A DNA stretch of 64,000 bases from Nitrospirota bacterium (GCA_963737155.1 CAVTRN010000001.1:1376001-1440000), one strand, 5' to 3'. Counted from the stretch's first letter, positions 1-9,217 are shown. The notes: generated by a model from the letters alone, not told the origin. A program made the numbers and translations.

Positions 1-506
1 CGGGTATGGCGGGAAGCGCCGATGTCATCCTCGTCCCCGAGATTCCGTTCAGCATGGACGATGTTGCTAAAAAGCTTCTGGATCGGAAAAAAGCGGGAAG
101 CAAATCAAGCATCGTGGTTGTGGCCGAGGGAGCGAAGCCGGCGGGAGGAGAGATGGCGGTGCGCGAGAAGGCAGCTGACGGGTATGTGCTCAGGCTTGGC
201 GGTATGGGTGAGATCGTGGCGAACGAAATCGCCAGGCGTACGGGATTCGAAACGCGTGTGACGGTACTCGGTCATGTGCAGCGCGGCGGTAGCCCTTGCC
301 CCTTTGACCGGCTACTGGCAACGAGGTATGGGGCCCATGCCGTAGAGTTAATAGCCCAAAAGAAATTCGGTGAAATGGTCTCCTATCAGCCACCGATAAT
401 CACCTCGGTGCCGCTAGGGGATGCGATCAGCAGCCTCAAGCTCGTTGAACCTGACTGCGAGCTGGTGAAGATCGCCGAAGGCATGGGAATCAGTTTCGGC
501 AGATGA
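1..506 (+). CDS. pfkA: 6-phosphofructokinase, C-terminal part (gene starts before the window)
   Basis: PFK motifs ILVPEIPF, VVAEGA, RVTVLGHVQRGG and FDRLLATRYG. Confidence 0.92.
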   Translation, partial: GMAGSADVILVPEIPFSMDDVAKKLLDRKKAGSKSSIVVVAEGAKPAGGEMAVREKAADGYVLRLGGMGEIVANEIARRTGFETRVTVLGHVQRGGSPCPFDRLLATRYGAHAVELIAQKKFGEMVSYQPPIITSVPLGDAISSLKLVEPDCELVKIAEGMGISFGR

Positions 507-1645
507 GCCTTTTTTTCTTCACAATATTTGCGGTTTACGGCGGGATTCATATTTATGCATTCTTGCTTGCTCGGAACGCGCTCGGCTTCGGCGCTGGAAC
601 CGGCTTAGTCCTTGCACTTTTCATGGTTCTAATGGTAGCTGCGGTGTTTCTAATCCGCGCCCTCGAGGCCTACGCATATGAACGCACGGCCCGCGTGCTG
701 GCTTACATCGCCTACATCTGGATGGCAATGCTGTTTCTCTTTTCCTCCGGTTCCTTCCTCATCGAAATCATCAACCTTCTCATTCGGAGTTCAGGCTGGT
801 TAACGCGAACAAACGTTGCTTCCATCCTTGTCACGCCGCGTATCTCCTTCGCTGTTAGCCTGGCGCTTGCGCTTGCGATCAGCGCTTACGGTTATTTCGA
901 AGCGCTCAACATCAGACCGGAGAGGGTCAGGATCGAAACAGAGAAACTTCCATCCGGGATGGACCACCTCACGATCGTACAGATCTCGGATGTGCATCTC
1001 GGCCTTATCATCCGGGATAACCGACTTAAAAAAATACTGGGCGTTGTCAAAGCCGCGAAACCCGATATCTTCATCTCCACAGGCGACCTCGTCGATGCAC
1101 AGATCAACCACCTGACGGGCCTTTCCGATCTTTTGCAGGCGGTAAAGCCCAAATATGGGAAATACGCCATCACCGGGAATCACGAATACTTTGCCGGTGT
1201 CCAAAAGGCGATCGATTTTACGAAGAAATCCGGATTCAAAGTCCTCCGGAATGAGGCTGTAGCAGACGGGCCAATTGCGATAGTCGGCGTAAATGATGGA
1301 ACAGGCGTCCGATTGGGTTTCGAGAAGCCCGTCGTCGAGAGTACGCTTTTCTCAAAGTCCCCACGGAGCAAATTCGTCCTTTTTCTGAAGCATCAACCGC
1401 TGATCGATCGGAACTTGCTGGGATTGTTTGACCTCCAGATTTCGGGCCATACACATAAGGGGCAGATTTTTCCTTTCACCCTGTTGACGCTTCTTTCCTA
1501 TCCGCTGAACGCGGGGGATTACACACTGGGCAAGGGATCATTCCTGCACGTTAGCCGCGGCACCGGCACCTGGGGCCCTCCGATCCGTTTCCTCTCGCCA
1601 CCGGAAGTAACGGTCTATGAGCTTGTGAGGAAACCCACCCTCTGA
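503..1645 (+). CDS. Membrane-anchored calcineurin-like metallophosphoesterase (YkuE/YaeI-like)
   Basis: About 4 N-terminal TM helices, then SDVH, TGDLVD, GNHE, HQP, GHTH and SRGTG motifs; ATGA overlap with pfkA. Confidence 0.9.
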   Translation: MSLFFFTIFAVYGGIHIYAFLLARNALGFGAGTGLVLALFMVLMVAAVFLIRALEAYAYERTARVLAYIAYIWMAMLFLFSSGSFLIEIINLLIRSSGWLTRTNVASILVTPRISFAVSLALALAISAYGYFEALNIRPERVRIETEKLPSGMDHLTIVQISDVHLGLIIRDNRLKKILGVVKAAKPDIFISTGDLVDAQINHLTGLSDLLQAVKPKYGKYAITGNHEYFAGVQKAIDFTKKSGFKVLRNEAVADGPIAIVGVNDGTGVRLGFEKPVVESTLFSKSPRSKFVLFLKHQPLIDRNLLGLFDLQISGHTHKGQIFPFTLLTLLSYPLNAGDYTLGKGSFLHVSRGTGTWGPPIRFLSPPEVTVYELVRKPTL

Positions 1646-1673
1646 TTTATCCCGCATAACTGGCGTGCTGCTG

Positions 1674-1993
1674 ATGAAAACGGCCGCTCCTTTTCTCCTC
1701 TCTTTTTCTCATGGTCCTGTCGGGATGCATGACCGAGCGCGTTCAGCCAGTCAAGGAATATCCTTTTTTTTGAGCTTAAGCTATCCACCTTTCTTGTGAA
1801 AAAAATAGAATACGATGGACGTGGACTTCCATTATTCTATAGCACCTTGCCTGATTGGCCGGGCAAACCCGAGGAAATGTTCGCTATCGTAAAGGACGTG
1901 AACGAAGTCATACGATATCGGGTCGTCGCGCAGCAGAAACCCGCTATGAACAAGCCCACAGGGGCTGTTTTCGAGTGGATCGCCAAGGGTTAG
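1674..1993 (+). pseudogene. Small lipoprotein gene split by two +1 frameshifts in T tracts
   Basis: Removing one T near 1705 and one from the T8 run near 1764-1771 gives MKTAAPFLLSFLMVLSGC (lipobox) continuing in frame into ORF 1796-1993. Confidence 0.55.
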
Positions 1994-2268
1994 AAGGAGG
2001 CCGGGTCATCTCTAAGGGTAAGCTTCAATCGGTTTCCAGACTCGGGAAGAGAAGCTGCGGTATTATCTGGCGTTCAAAGCGGCCCCGCGGGTCATGGCAA
2101 GCGTTACCGGTTTCGTCGACTTTCTTACTTGAGGAACATGTCGAAGTGCCGGTGAAAATGGTATTTTTGTTATGCAGCGGACAGCGATATGCCCATAAAA
2201 CAGAAGACATCGGCGTGGTTGAAAAGAAAGTGTGGATGACCGTCCAGAGTGAAAAAATGGCTCGCGTA

Positions 2269-2526
2269 CTATTTCTTTTGCGCCAGCCCGCCGGGGATCA
2301 CAAAGCGGTCCCGGATGATTCTCCTGAATCTTGGTGTGTAGATAAGCTCAAAGACATCTTCCTTCCCCGGGAAAAGATTGAGAGCCGCCTGCTTGGTACC
2401 CCTCATGATCTCGAAGGCTTCGCGCAGCGTCAAGTCGGTCTGTTGCATGAGGATTGCCTGGTTAAGATCCACGATAAACCGCAGCATCCTCATCCTCCTG
2501 TCTTCCTCGCGCAGCGATTCGTTCAT
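2269..2526 (-). CDS. Small helical hypothetical protein (85 aa)
   Basis: AGGAGA RBS; resembles a recurring conserved hypothetical family (EEDRRMR..LFPGKE..FELIY.PRF.R), recognised from memory. Confidence 0.75.
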   Translation of the reverse strand: MNESLREEDRRMRMLRFIVDLNQAILMQQTDLTLREAFEIMRGTKQAALNLFPGKEDVFELIYTPRFRRIIRDRFVIPGGLAQKK

Positions 2527-2900
2527 TTTCTCTCCTTGAGTGATTTATGTCGCACGTTGACGCATGATACTGCTGTCGACTGTTTTTTTCAAGAGCGGAA
2601 AGGGGTACAAGGGTGATTAAGGACTAATTTTAGTTGTCCGGTTGTGCATTGAAAGGGAATATTGAAGGCTCGAAAAAGGCCTGGGCATTTGAATGATGAA
2701 TAATAAAGCAACGTAAACAAAGCAGGAAGGGCAGCCTTTAACCGCTTCCCTTCCTGCAGTTGATATCAGTATCCCCACTTGAAGTTTTGGTTTCATGGAG
2801 GTAACTTTTGCTGCTTATTTTTTGCCACCCTACTGGGGTCCTCCCCTCAAGAGAGGCGTGATAATTCGATTGAGATTCGCCCCAGCTTGACCGAAGAGGT

Positions 2901-3389
2901 TCATTCAGCGGCCCGTATGCGTTCGAAGGTTCCGCTTTTCCCGCCCGATTTTTTCAAAAGGACAATATTAGTTACTGTCATGGAGCGGTCCGCGGATTTG
3001 CACATATCGTAGATTGTGAGCCCCGCAACTGCAACTGCGGTCAGGGCTTCCATTTCAACGCCTGTCCGGTCGGTTGTCGTAACCGTGGCTCGGATCAGTA
3101 CGCTCGACATCTCATGGTCCGGTTCAAACGCAATCACGACTGCTGAAAGACGTAGCGGGTGGGTAAGGGGTATGAGTTCAGGAGTTTTTTTTGCAGCCAT
3201 GATGCCCGCCACTCGGGCAATGCCGAACACGTCTCCCTTGGCGACCTTCCGATCAAGAATGAGCGAGAGCGTTTCGGGCAGCATGGTGACACGGCCCTCG
3301 GCAATTGCCTCGCGAGCAGTTTCCTCTTTGCCCGAGACATCAACCATGCGCGCGGCGCCCTGATCGTCGAAATGCGTAAACTCAGCCAT
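2901..3389 (-). CDS. moaC: Cyclic pyranopterin monophosphate synthase MoaC
   Basis: [46 protein letters not shown] and KSGGKSG motifs. Confidence 0.97.
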   Translation of the reverse strand: MAEFTHFDDQGAARMVDVSGKEETAREAIAEGRVTMLPETLSLILDRKVAKGDVFGIARVAGIMAAKKTPELIPLTHPLRLSAVVIAFEPDHEMSSVLIRATVTTTDRTGVEMEALTAVAVAGLTIYDMCKSADRSMTVTNIVLLKKSGGKSGTFERIRAAE

Positions 3390-3422
3390 GCTTTTTTATT
3401 GATCCTCTCTCATTCCTGGATT

Positions 3423-4412
3423 TTAACCCCCGATTTTCGACATGGTTCTCCGAAAGCATCCCGGTTCAGATTCCGAAAGGTGATGACACTTCGGCTTGAT
3501 CTCAAGAGCTCGCCTGAGCAGATGTTCGAGCTCCGCGTCATTGCATCCGCTTCGCAGGGGAGACTTGACATCGATCTCCCTGTCGGACAGAAGGCAGGGC
3601 CGCACCTTCCCGTCCGCGGTCAGCCGAAGACGCCTGCAGGAACCACAGAAATGCTTGCTGATGGGACTGATGAATCCAATCACACCCTGGGCGCAGGGTA
3701 TCTGGAAGTTGGCCGAAGGGCCTGCGGATGGGGATGACGTGAACGGCACGAGTGCGCCGAATTTCCTTTCAATCGCAGCACGGACTTGGTCCGATGATAT
3801 GCACTCATCCTTGTGCCAGCGGTCCTTTGCGCCGATTGGCATGAACTCGATAAAACGTACGTGGAGCCTTCGCTTAAGCGTTAAAAGGGCGAAATCAACG
3901 ACTTCATCGTCATTCAGCCCCCGAACCGGCACCATGTTCAGTTTGATCGGAAAAAAACCGAGCTCTTCAGCCCGGTTGATGCCGCGCCAGACCGCATGCC
4001 AGTTGTCGCTTCCAGTAATCTTATGGAACCTGTCAGGCTTCAAGGAGTCTAGGCTGATGTTGAGGCGCGGTTTCCCGGCTAGCACCAGGTTTTCAATCAT
4101 ATCTGCGAGAAGCACACCGTTCGTGGTCAGACTGATGTCCTCGACCCCTCTAAATCGACGAAGCGATGCGATAAGGTCGACGATGCCGCGCCTCAGGAGC
4201 GGTTCTCCGCCGGTCACCCGGATTCGGGAGATCCCGAGCCGCGCCGCAATGGACACGAGCCGTTGAATTTCCTCATAGGTTAGTATGTCCCGGTGCTCCA
4301 GCATCTTCATCTCCCCTCGGGGCTTGCAGTAGACACATGCAAGATTGCACCGGTCAGTCACGGAAATCCGCAGATAGTCGATGCGGCGGTGATAGGAGTC
4401 GACAAGTGTCAT
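3423..4412 (-). CDS. moaA: GTP 3',8-cyclase MoaA (radical SAM)
   Basis: YLRISVTDRCNLACVYC, TGGEPLLR, FCGSCRRLRLTADG..PCL and C-terminal MSKIGG. Confidence 0.97.
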   Translation of the reverse strand: MTLVDSYHRRIDYLRISVTDRCNLACVYCKPRGEMKMLEHRDILTYEEIQRLVSIAARLGISRIRVTGGEPLLRRGIVDLIASLRRFRGVEDISLTTNGVLLADMIENLVLAGKPRLNISLDSLKPDRFHKITGSDNWHAVWRGINRAEELGFFPIKLNMVPVRGLNDDEVVDFALLTLKRRLHVRFIEFMPIGAKDRWHKDECISSDQVRAAIERKFGALVPFTSSPSAGPSANFQIPCAQGVIGFISPISKHFCGSCRRLRLTADGKVRPCLLSDREIDVKSPLRSGCNDAELEHLLRRALEIKPKCHHLSESEPGCFRRTMSKIGG

Positions 4413-4418
4413 GGAAAA

Positions 4419-4447
4419 ACTTTACCACAGAGGGTGGGGTTGTTCAA
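4419..4447 (-). promoter_or_regulatory. Sigma-70 promoter of moaA, probably giving a leaderless mRNA
   Basis: TTGAAC-17 nt-TAAAGT with extended TG; -10 ends 6 nt before the ATG (4412); no SD. Confidence 0.55.
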
Positions 4448-4496
4448 GATAAAACTCATGGCAGGCGTTGACACGAATAGCACGAAAATGCCCGGG

Positions 4497-5598
4497 TCAT
4501 TCGATTTTTATCCAGCGGCCATTTTTTTTCTCAACTTTAAAAAGCAGCTTGATTGAGGCGTTGTCCCCGCAGTAGATATATTTCATATGTGTCTCCGAAA
4601 ACCGCACCTCAACCAAGTAGGTGCTTTTGCAGAAAACCAGTTTTTTCAACATCCTCTCATCGAGCCATGACTCATTCGCCGGAAGGGCTTGAAGTTTGGA
4701 AACATCATATTTCAGATCTTTCTCATTCCTAGGTAAATCATGATTGCTGAAGAAATCGCCAATTTTTTTCATGAGCACGGCTTCTGCTTGCCTGCTGCTT
4801 GTCGTTAAACCGTTTAAAACGGGTTCTTTTGCAGATGCCCTTGTCTTTTCTGCAATGGCGAAGGAGCGTTGCTCGACCTCTAGGTGGGGCGTCTTCTTCT
4901 TAGATGCCACAGCGTAATCCTGCAGATTTGTGCAGGCAGGAGCCTCAGATGCTGGGGTGGTTTTTTCCATGCGTACTGATTCCCCTGCAGGTGCGGCCTG
5001 CTTTGCACGATTGGCCTTATCGAAGGTGGTAGCTGTTTCTTCGTCCTTGCGAACCGGCAGCGAAGGTGCCGTGTATTCAAGTTTCATATCCAGTGATTTG
5101 TAGGCCTGCGATTGTGGGATCTGCTGTGAAGGGAGTGAGGAGTTTTCTTCTTTACGCAGACCATTCAGTTCTTGATCAGACAGGGATAACCCAGGGCTCG
5201 CAGCATACTGCCCCGTTGAGAAACGTTTCGCCGGCAGTTTAAGGGATCGGGATGAGAGGTCAATGTTCCTATAGACATAGAACGCGCTGACGATCAGCAA
5301 GATAATAACCGCGGCGTGGATCGGCATTTTGATGAGGAGCGGGAAAAAGAGTTTTTGGAACAGACTTTTTTGCTCAGTCTTTTCTGAATGGATCCTTACC
5401 ATGATTTTCTTTGTTATCCAGTTGAGGCTCCATGTCCTCGATGGTCTGCATGTGCACGATGGTTTTTTGCAATTCGAGAAAAGCATCGTTGCAGACCGAA
5501 CACGTCTGGAGATGGGCGTCTATTTCTGCTTTTTCTTCAACCGTGACCGAACCGTCGATATATTCGGAAAGCCTGTGACGTATTTCATTATGTCCCAT
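4497..5598 (-). pseudogene. Zinc-binding (zf-HC2) transmembrane anti-sigma factor, DUF2275-like, frameshifted
   Basis: ATG at 5598 with AGGAG RBS; LSEYIDG..HLQTCSVC (HxxxCxxC) in one frame, continuing after ~5425 in another frame (WITKKIM..TM helix..C-terminal domain). Confidence 0.8.
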
Positions 5599-6440
5599 TG
5601 AAGATCTCCTACAACATGCTAAAGTCAGTCTTTTTTGCCATTTTGTTTTTCTGAACAAGTGAGTTTTTACCGTTTTCGCGTAATTTCAGCACGCTTCTTA
5701 TACCATCATGAGGAAAATCCTGAAAATCGCAGATGTATCGTCAAACTATTAAGCTTAGAACACAGAGAACATACGGTATTCAGTGAGTTATCAGTCACTG
5801 GTATTTCCCCCCAGATGCCTCTTATTACCCAGCGTTTCTGATCCTTGATGGATCAACGACGAGAGCACAGGGTATCTTATTGAAAAAACAGGCGCGGCAT
5901 TTAGTTGGCATTTCTTTGCGGCCTCTGTGTTTCATTCTTGCCTATCTGGTATTCATAAAACTTTCGACTACATCATCGGGAGAGTCAGTACCTCACGAAA
6001 TCCTTGTCCGTACATCTGAGCCTTTAGTTGTACCTCCTGCCGTTTGAGTCTGATGAGCGCAGACTTTTCTTTTGAAGGCGAGTAAATTGTGATTTGGCCG
6101 CCGTTTGTCAAAAAACGGTTCGTCAAGAGAAAATGCCTCGCATTCATTGTTTAAGCCCGTTCTTCAAGGGGCTAACGATTATGCCTGTCAGCTAAGTAGT
6201 GAATTTAGACTCTCCCCAGAAGGAACCGAGATTTTTGTACAGTGGCACAAATGTGTTCTGCACGGCCTCGTAGGCTTCCCCATAAACATTTGTACGTCAG
6301 CAAGTATTTTGTTTAGCATCCTTTTCTGTTGTCTGCTCACCGGCGTCTCGAAGCGTTCAGATCGACCTGCTGTAACGAGGGTACAATGGTTGCATCGGTC
6401 CGATCCAAACATTTCGCTACTTCCTGTTTTTTGAGACAAT
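5598..6440 (-). pseudogene. Heavily decayed ECF (RpoE/SigW-like) sigma factor
   Basis: Fragments in shifting frames: DLNA.ETPVSRQQKRMLN, EAYEAVQNTFVPLYKNLGSFWGESKFTT*L (region 2), FREVLTL and LKLRE.TVKTHLFR (region 4); abuts the anti-sigma start. Confidence 0.72.
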
Positions 6441-6553
6441 GCTGCCGCAGGCTATGTACCATTTTGCATGGTATGATGATTGTATCTCAAAAATTTTACT
6501 TTTGCATTGCTAAAATGATATTATAAATGATAAAGAGTAAAAAGGAGGACACT

Positions 6554-6772
6554 ATGACGGAGAAAGTAAAAATTTTCGGGAAAGCGAGCTGACCGCATAC
6601 AGAAAAAGCCAGGTCGGCTTTTCGCGACAATGCGGTCTACTATGATGTCAAGGCGGAAAGTGAAAAACTGGATGAGATGCTGAGATATTCAAAGGGTGTG
6701 CGGAAGGTACCGACTATCGTGGAAGGTGGCAAGGTAAGCATCGGCTATGACGGCGGCGCATGAGGAGTATAG
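6554..6772 (+). CDS. Glutaredoxin-like selenoprotein with two selenocysteines (UPHT active site, C-terminal U-G-V-stop; Uxx-star type)
   Basis: AGGAGG RBS; MTEKVKIFGKAS-U-PHTEKARSAFRDNAVYYDVKAESEKLDEMLRYSKGVRKVPTIVEGGKVSIGYDGGA-U-GV*; TGA at 6590 and 6761, each followed by a SECIS-like hairpin; Grx cis-Pro motif VPTI. Confidence 0.88.
6602..6623 (+). promoter_or_regulatory. SECIS element for UGA 6590
   Basis: Stem AAAAGCC/GGCTTTT with loop AGGTC, starting ~11 nt after the UGA; loop resembles the E. coli fdhF SECIS loop (AGGUCU). Confidence 0.78.
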
Positions 6773-6791
6773 GGGCGGCGGTCTGCCGCCC
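6773..6791 (+). promoter_or_regulatory. SECIS element for UGA 6761, lying just after the TAG stop
   Basis: Stem GGGCGGC/GCCGCCC with loop GGTCT, 9 nt after the UGA. Confidence 0.78.
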
Positions 6792-6890
6792 AGAGTTATA
6801 TTTTGCCAAGGGTCAGAGAGCTGATCGGCAGTAATGATTACAAAAACGATATTTCTAGGCAAAAATATTTTGAGAGGAAGAAGATAAAGA

Positions 6891-7448
6891 ATGACTCTAA
6901 GCGGTTTTGTCCTAAATAAGGAAGAGGCAGTGCTTTTGATTATTGATTTTCAGGAGCGTCTTGCCGCAATCATGAAGGAGAAAGACAAAGTCGTGAAAAA
7001 CTGCCAGCACCTGCTTGAGTTGGCGAAAATGCAGGGTATCCCGGTCGTCGTGACTGAGCAGTATCCCAAAGGCTTGGGCAGAACCGTGCCTGAGCTCCGG
7101 TCGGCAGTTCCGGACTATAAACCGATTGAAAAAACGGCCTTCAACTGCTGTGGAGAGCCGGCATTCGTAGCGGACATCAAAAAACTTGGGAAGAAGCAGA
7201 TTGTCATTACCGGCATGGAGACGCATATTTGTGTGCTCCAAACCACGATAGGGCTCTTACAGCTTGGCTTCACCGTTCATGCTGTGCAAGATGCAATAAT
7301 TTCGCGAACAAAGGATAACTGGAGGACCGGGATTGCGTTCATGCGTGATGCCGGCGCTGTCGTGACGTGCACGGAGACGGTTCTGTTCCAGCTCCTTAAG
7401 GTCGCGGGTACTGAGGAGTTTAAAAGAATATCGCAGAGAATAAAATGA
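6891..7448 (+). CDS. Isochorismatase-family cysteine hydrolase (YcaC/ISOC2-like)
   Basis: LLIIDFQERL, TEQYPKGLG.TV, EKTAFNC and GMETHICVLQT (Asp-Lys-Cys triad). Confidence 0.92.
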   Translation: MTLSGFVLNKEEAVLLIIDFQERLAAIMKEKDKVVKNCQHLLELAKMQGIPVVVTEQYPKGLGRTVPELRSAVPDYKPIEKTAFNCCGEPAFVADIKKLGKKQIVITGMETHICVLQTTIGLLQLGFTVHAVQDAIISRTKDNWRTGIAFMRDAGAVVTCTETVLFQLLKVAGTEEFKRISQRIK

Positions 7449-7549
7449 TGAAGGAGATGGAAGTCGGTAAACTTGGCACTACATTGGACTAAAACAAATC
7501 CACGAACATTTGAATCAGCCTGTTTCCTGACTTCTCACAGAGGTTCACT

Positions 7550-9217
7550 ATGGTGCAACAACAAATTATCCCAGACGATGTAAAGAAGGTAATTAAAGAA
7601 ACATTTGATCAGGGGTTCAGGGAAGACATTGTCGTCGAGGTTTATACCCAGAAGGGCACGAATGACCAGTTTAACGATGCGGCAATTGCCCTCCTTCAAT
7701 CCCTTGCCGAGCTCTCGGACAAACTGAAGGTGTCCTACCATACCGTGGGTGATGAACAATCGGCGAAGCGTAATGTCACGCGTACGCCGACAGTGCTCAT
7801 TGCTCCGGACAAATATCATATTCGCTACACGGGTGCCCCAGTCGGCGAAGAAGGAAGGTCGTTCATGATCTCTCTCATGATGGCCTCCACCGGGAATACC
7901 ATTCTGACAGAGCCCGCATTGGCAAAAATCAGGGAGCAGCTGCATGATAAGCGGGATATCAGGGTTTTCGTCAGCCCCACCTGTCCCTACTGCCCGCAGC
8001 AGGTTCTTGCCGCATTCTCGGCCGCGATCGCTGCACCCGATCTCGTGTCGGCCGAGGCCGTCGAGATCTACGAAAACCAAGAACTAGCGGAGAGTCTCGG
8101 GTCACTGGCTGTGCCGCAGACTTTCATCAACAATACCTTTACGGGAGCGGGGCTCCAGCCGGAGCCGTGGTTCGTGGAATCGCTGCTTTCGCTCAAGGAG
8201 CCCCAGGTCGCGTCAACGCAGATTTCCGGTGAACCTGTGGAGAAGGACCTTGTCATCATAGGCGGTGGACCGGCTGGACTGACGGCGGCGATTTATGCCG
8301 AGCGCGCAGGGCTCGACTGTATAGTGGTTGAGAAGAGCAACCTCGGCGGCCAGGTGGCGATTACACCGGTCGTGGAGAATTATCCTGGCTTTATGCGCAT
8401 CGGTGGCAAAAGCCTCATAGACCTCATTGCTCAGCAGGCGGCCCAATATTCCGAGATACATATTGGTGAGTTCGTGACGGAGGTGTCAAGAGACCGTGAG
8501 GACGGCAGGTTCTCGCTCAAAACGAATCATGCCATTTACCTCACCAAGGGCATAGTTATTGCCACCGGCGTGGGTAACCGGGCGCTGGAAGCACAGGGCG
8601 CGCAGAAATTCTACGGAAGAGGAGTCAGCTACTGCGCAACCTGCGATGGCTACTTCTTCAAGGACGGGAAACAGGTGCTTGTGGTAGGAGGCGGTAACAC
8701 GGCGATTACCGATGCGCTCTACCTTCACAACATCGGCGCAAAGGTGATGTTGGTACATCGGCGTGATGAACTCCGGGCGGAAGCGAGGCTCCAGGAGAGC
8801 TTCCGACAGGCTGATATTCCGGCGCTGTGGAACAGCGAAGTCCGGGAGATCACGGGAGAAAAAGTTGTCAAAGCTGTAAAGATTGAAGACAAGAAGAGCG
8901 GCAAGGTCAAAGAATTGGTCATGGATGGGGTTTTTGTCGCCATCGGTTACGTTCCGAACAATGACCTCGCGAAACAGCTCGGCCTTGAGCTCGACGATCA
9001 GGGATACATCAAGACCGATCTCATGACCATGCGGACATCGGTTCTCGGAGTGTACGCCGCGGGCGATATCACGGGCGCGCCGAAACAGATTGTCGTCGCT
9101 GTGTCGCACGGTTCTACGGCCGCCATGACGGCATTTGAAGATCTCACGAGCCCATCTTGGCTGAAACAGGAAAAAGTGATCGGGGCGGCCGCAGCCGCGA
9201 AAGCCCAGGTTGGGTAA
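7550..9217 (+). CDS. trxB: Thioredoxin reductase fused to an N-terminal PDO/AhpF-N-like double thioredoxin domain
   Basis: N-terminal domain with FVSPTCPYCP and AVPQT; reductase with GGGPAG, GVSYCATCDG, GGGNTA, HRRD and AAGD motifs. Confidence 0.9.
   Translation: MVQQQIIPDDVKKVIKETFDQGFREDIVVEVYTQKGTNDQFNDAAIALLQSLAELSDKLKVSYHTVGDEQSAKRNVTRTPTVLIAPDKYHIRYTGAPVGEEGRSFMISLMMASTGNTILTEPALAKIREQLHDKRDIRVFVSPTCPYCPQQVLAAFSAAIAAPDLVSAEAVEIYENQELAESLGSLAVPQTFINNTFTGAGLQPEPWFVESLLSLKEPQVASTQISGEPVEKDLVIIGGGPAGLTAAIYAERAGLDCIVVEKSNLGGQVAITPVVENYPGFMRIGGKSLIDLIAQQAAQYSEIHIGEFVTEVSRDREDGRFSLKTNHAIYLTKGIVIATGVGNRALEAQGAQKFYGRGVSYCATCDGYFFKDGKQVLVVGGGNTAITDALYLHNIGAKVMLVHRRDELRAEARLQESFRQADIPALWNSEVREITGEKVVKAVKIEDKKSGKVKELVMDGVFVAIGYVPNNDLAKQLGLELDDQGYIKTDLMTMRTSVLGVYAAGDITGAPKQIVVAVSHGSTAAMTAFEDLTSPSWLKQEKVIGAAAAAKAQVG

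Noticed and set aside
1855-2616. 253-aa plus-strand ORF
   Set aside because: Overlaps the better-supported minus-strand gene 2269-2526 and has no recognisable motif or RBS.
4413-4500. Possible Moco riboswitch upstream of moaA
   Set aside because: The promoter abuts the ATG, leaving no room for a structured leader.
6505-6535. PerR/Fur-like AT-rich box upstream of the selenoprotein gene
   Set aside because: Only one half-site (ATTATAA) matches; it is explained equally well by the -10 region.
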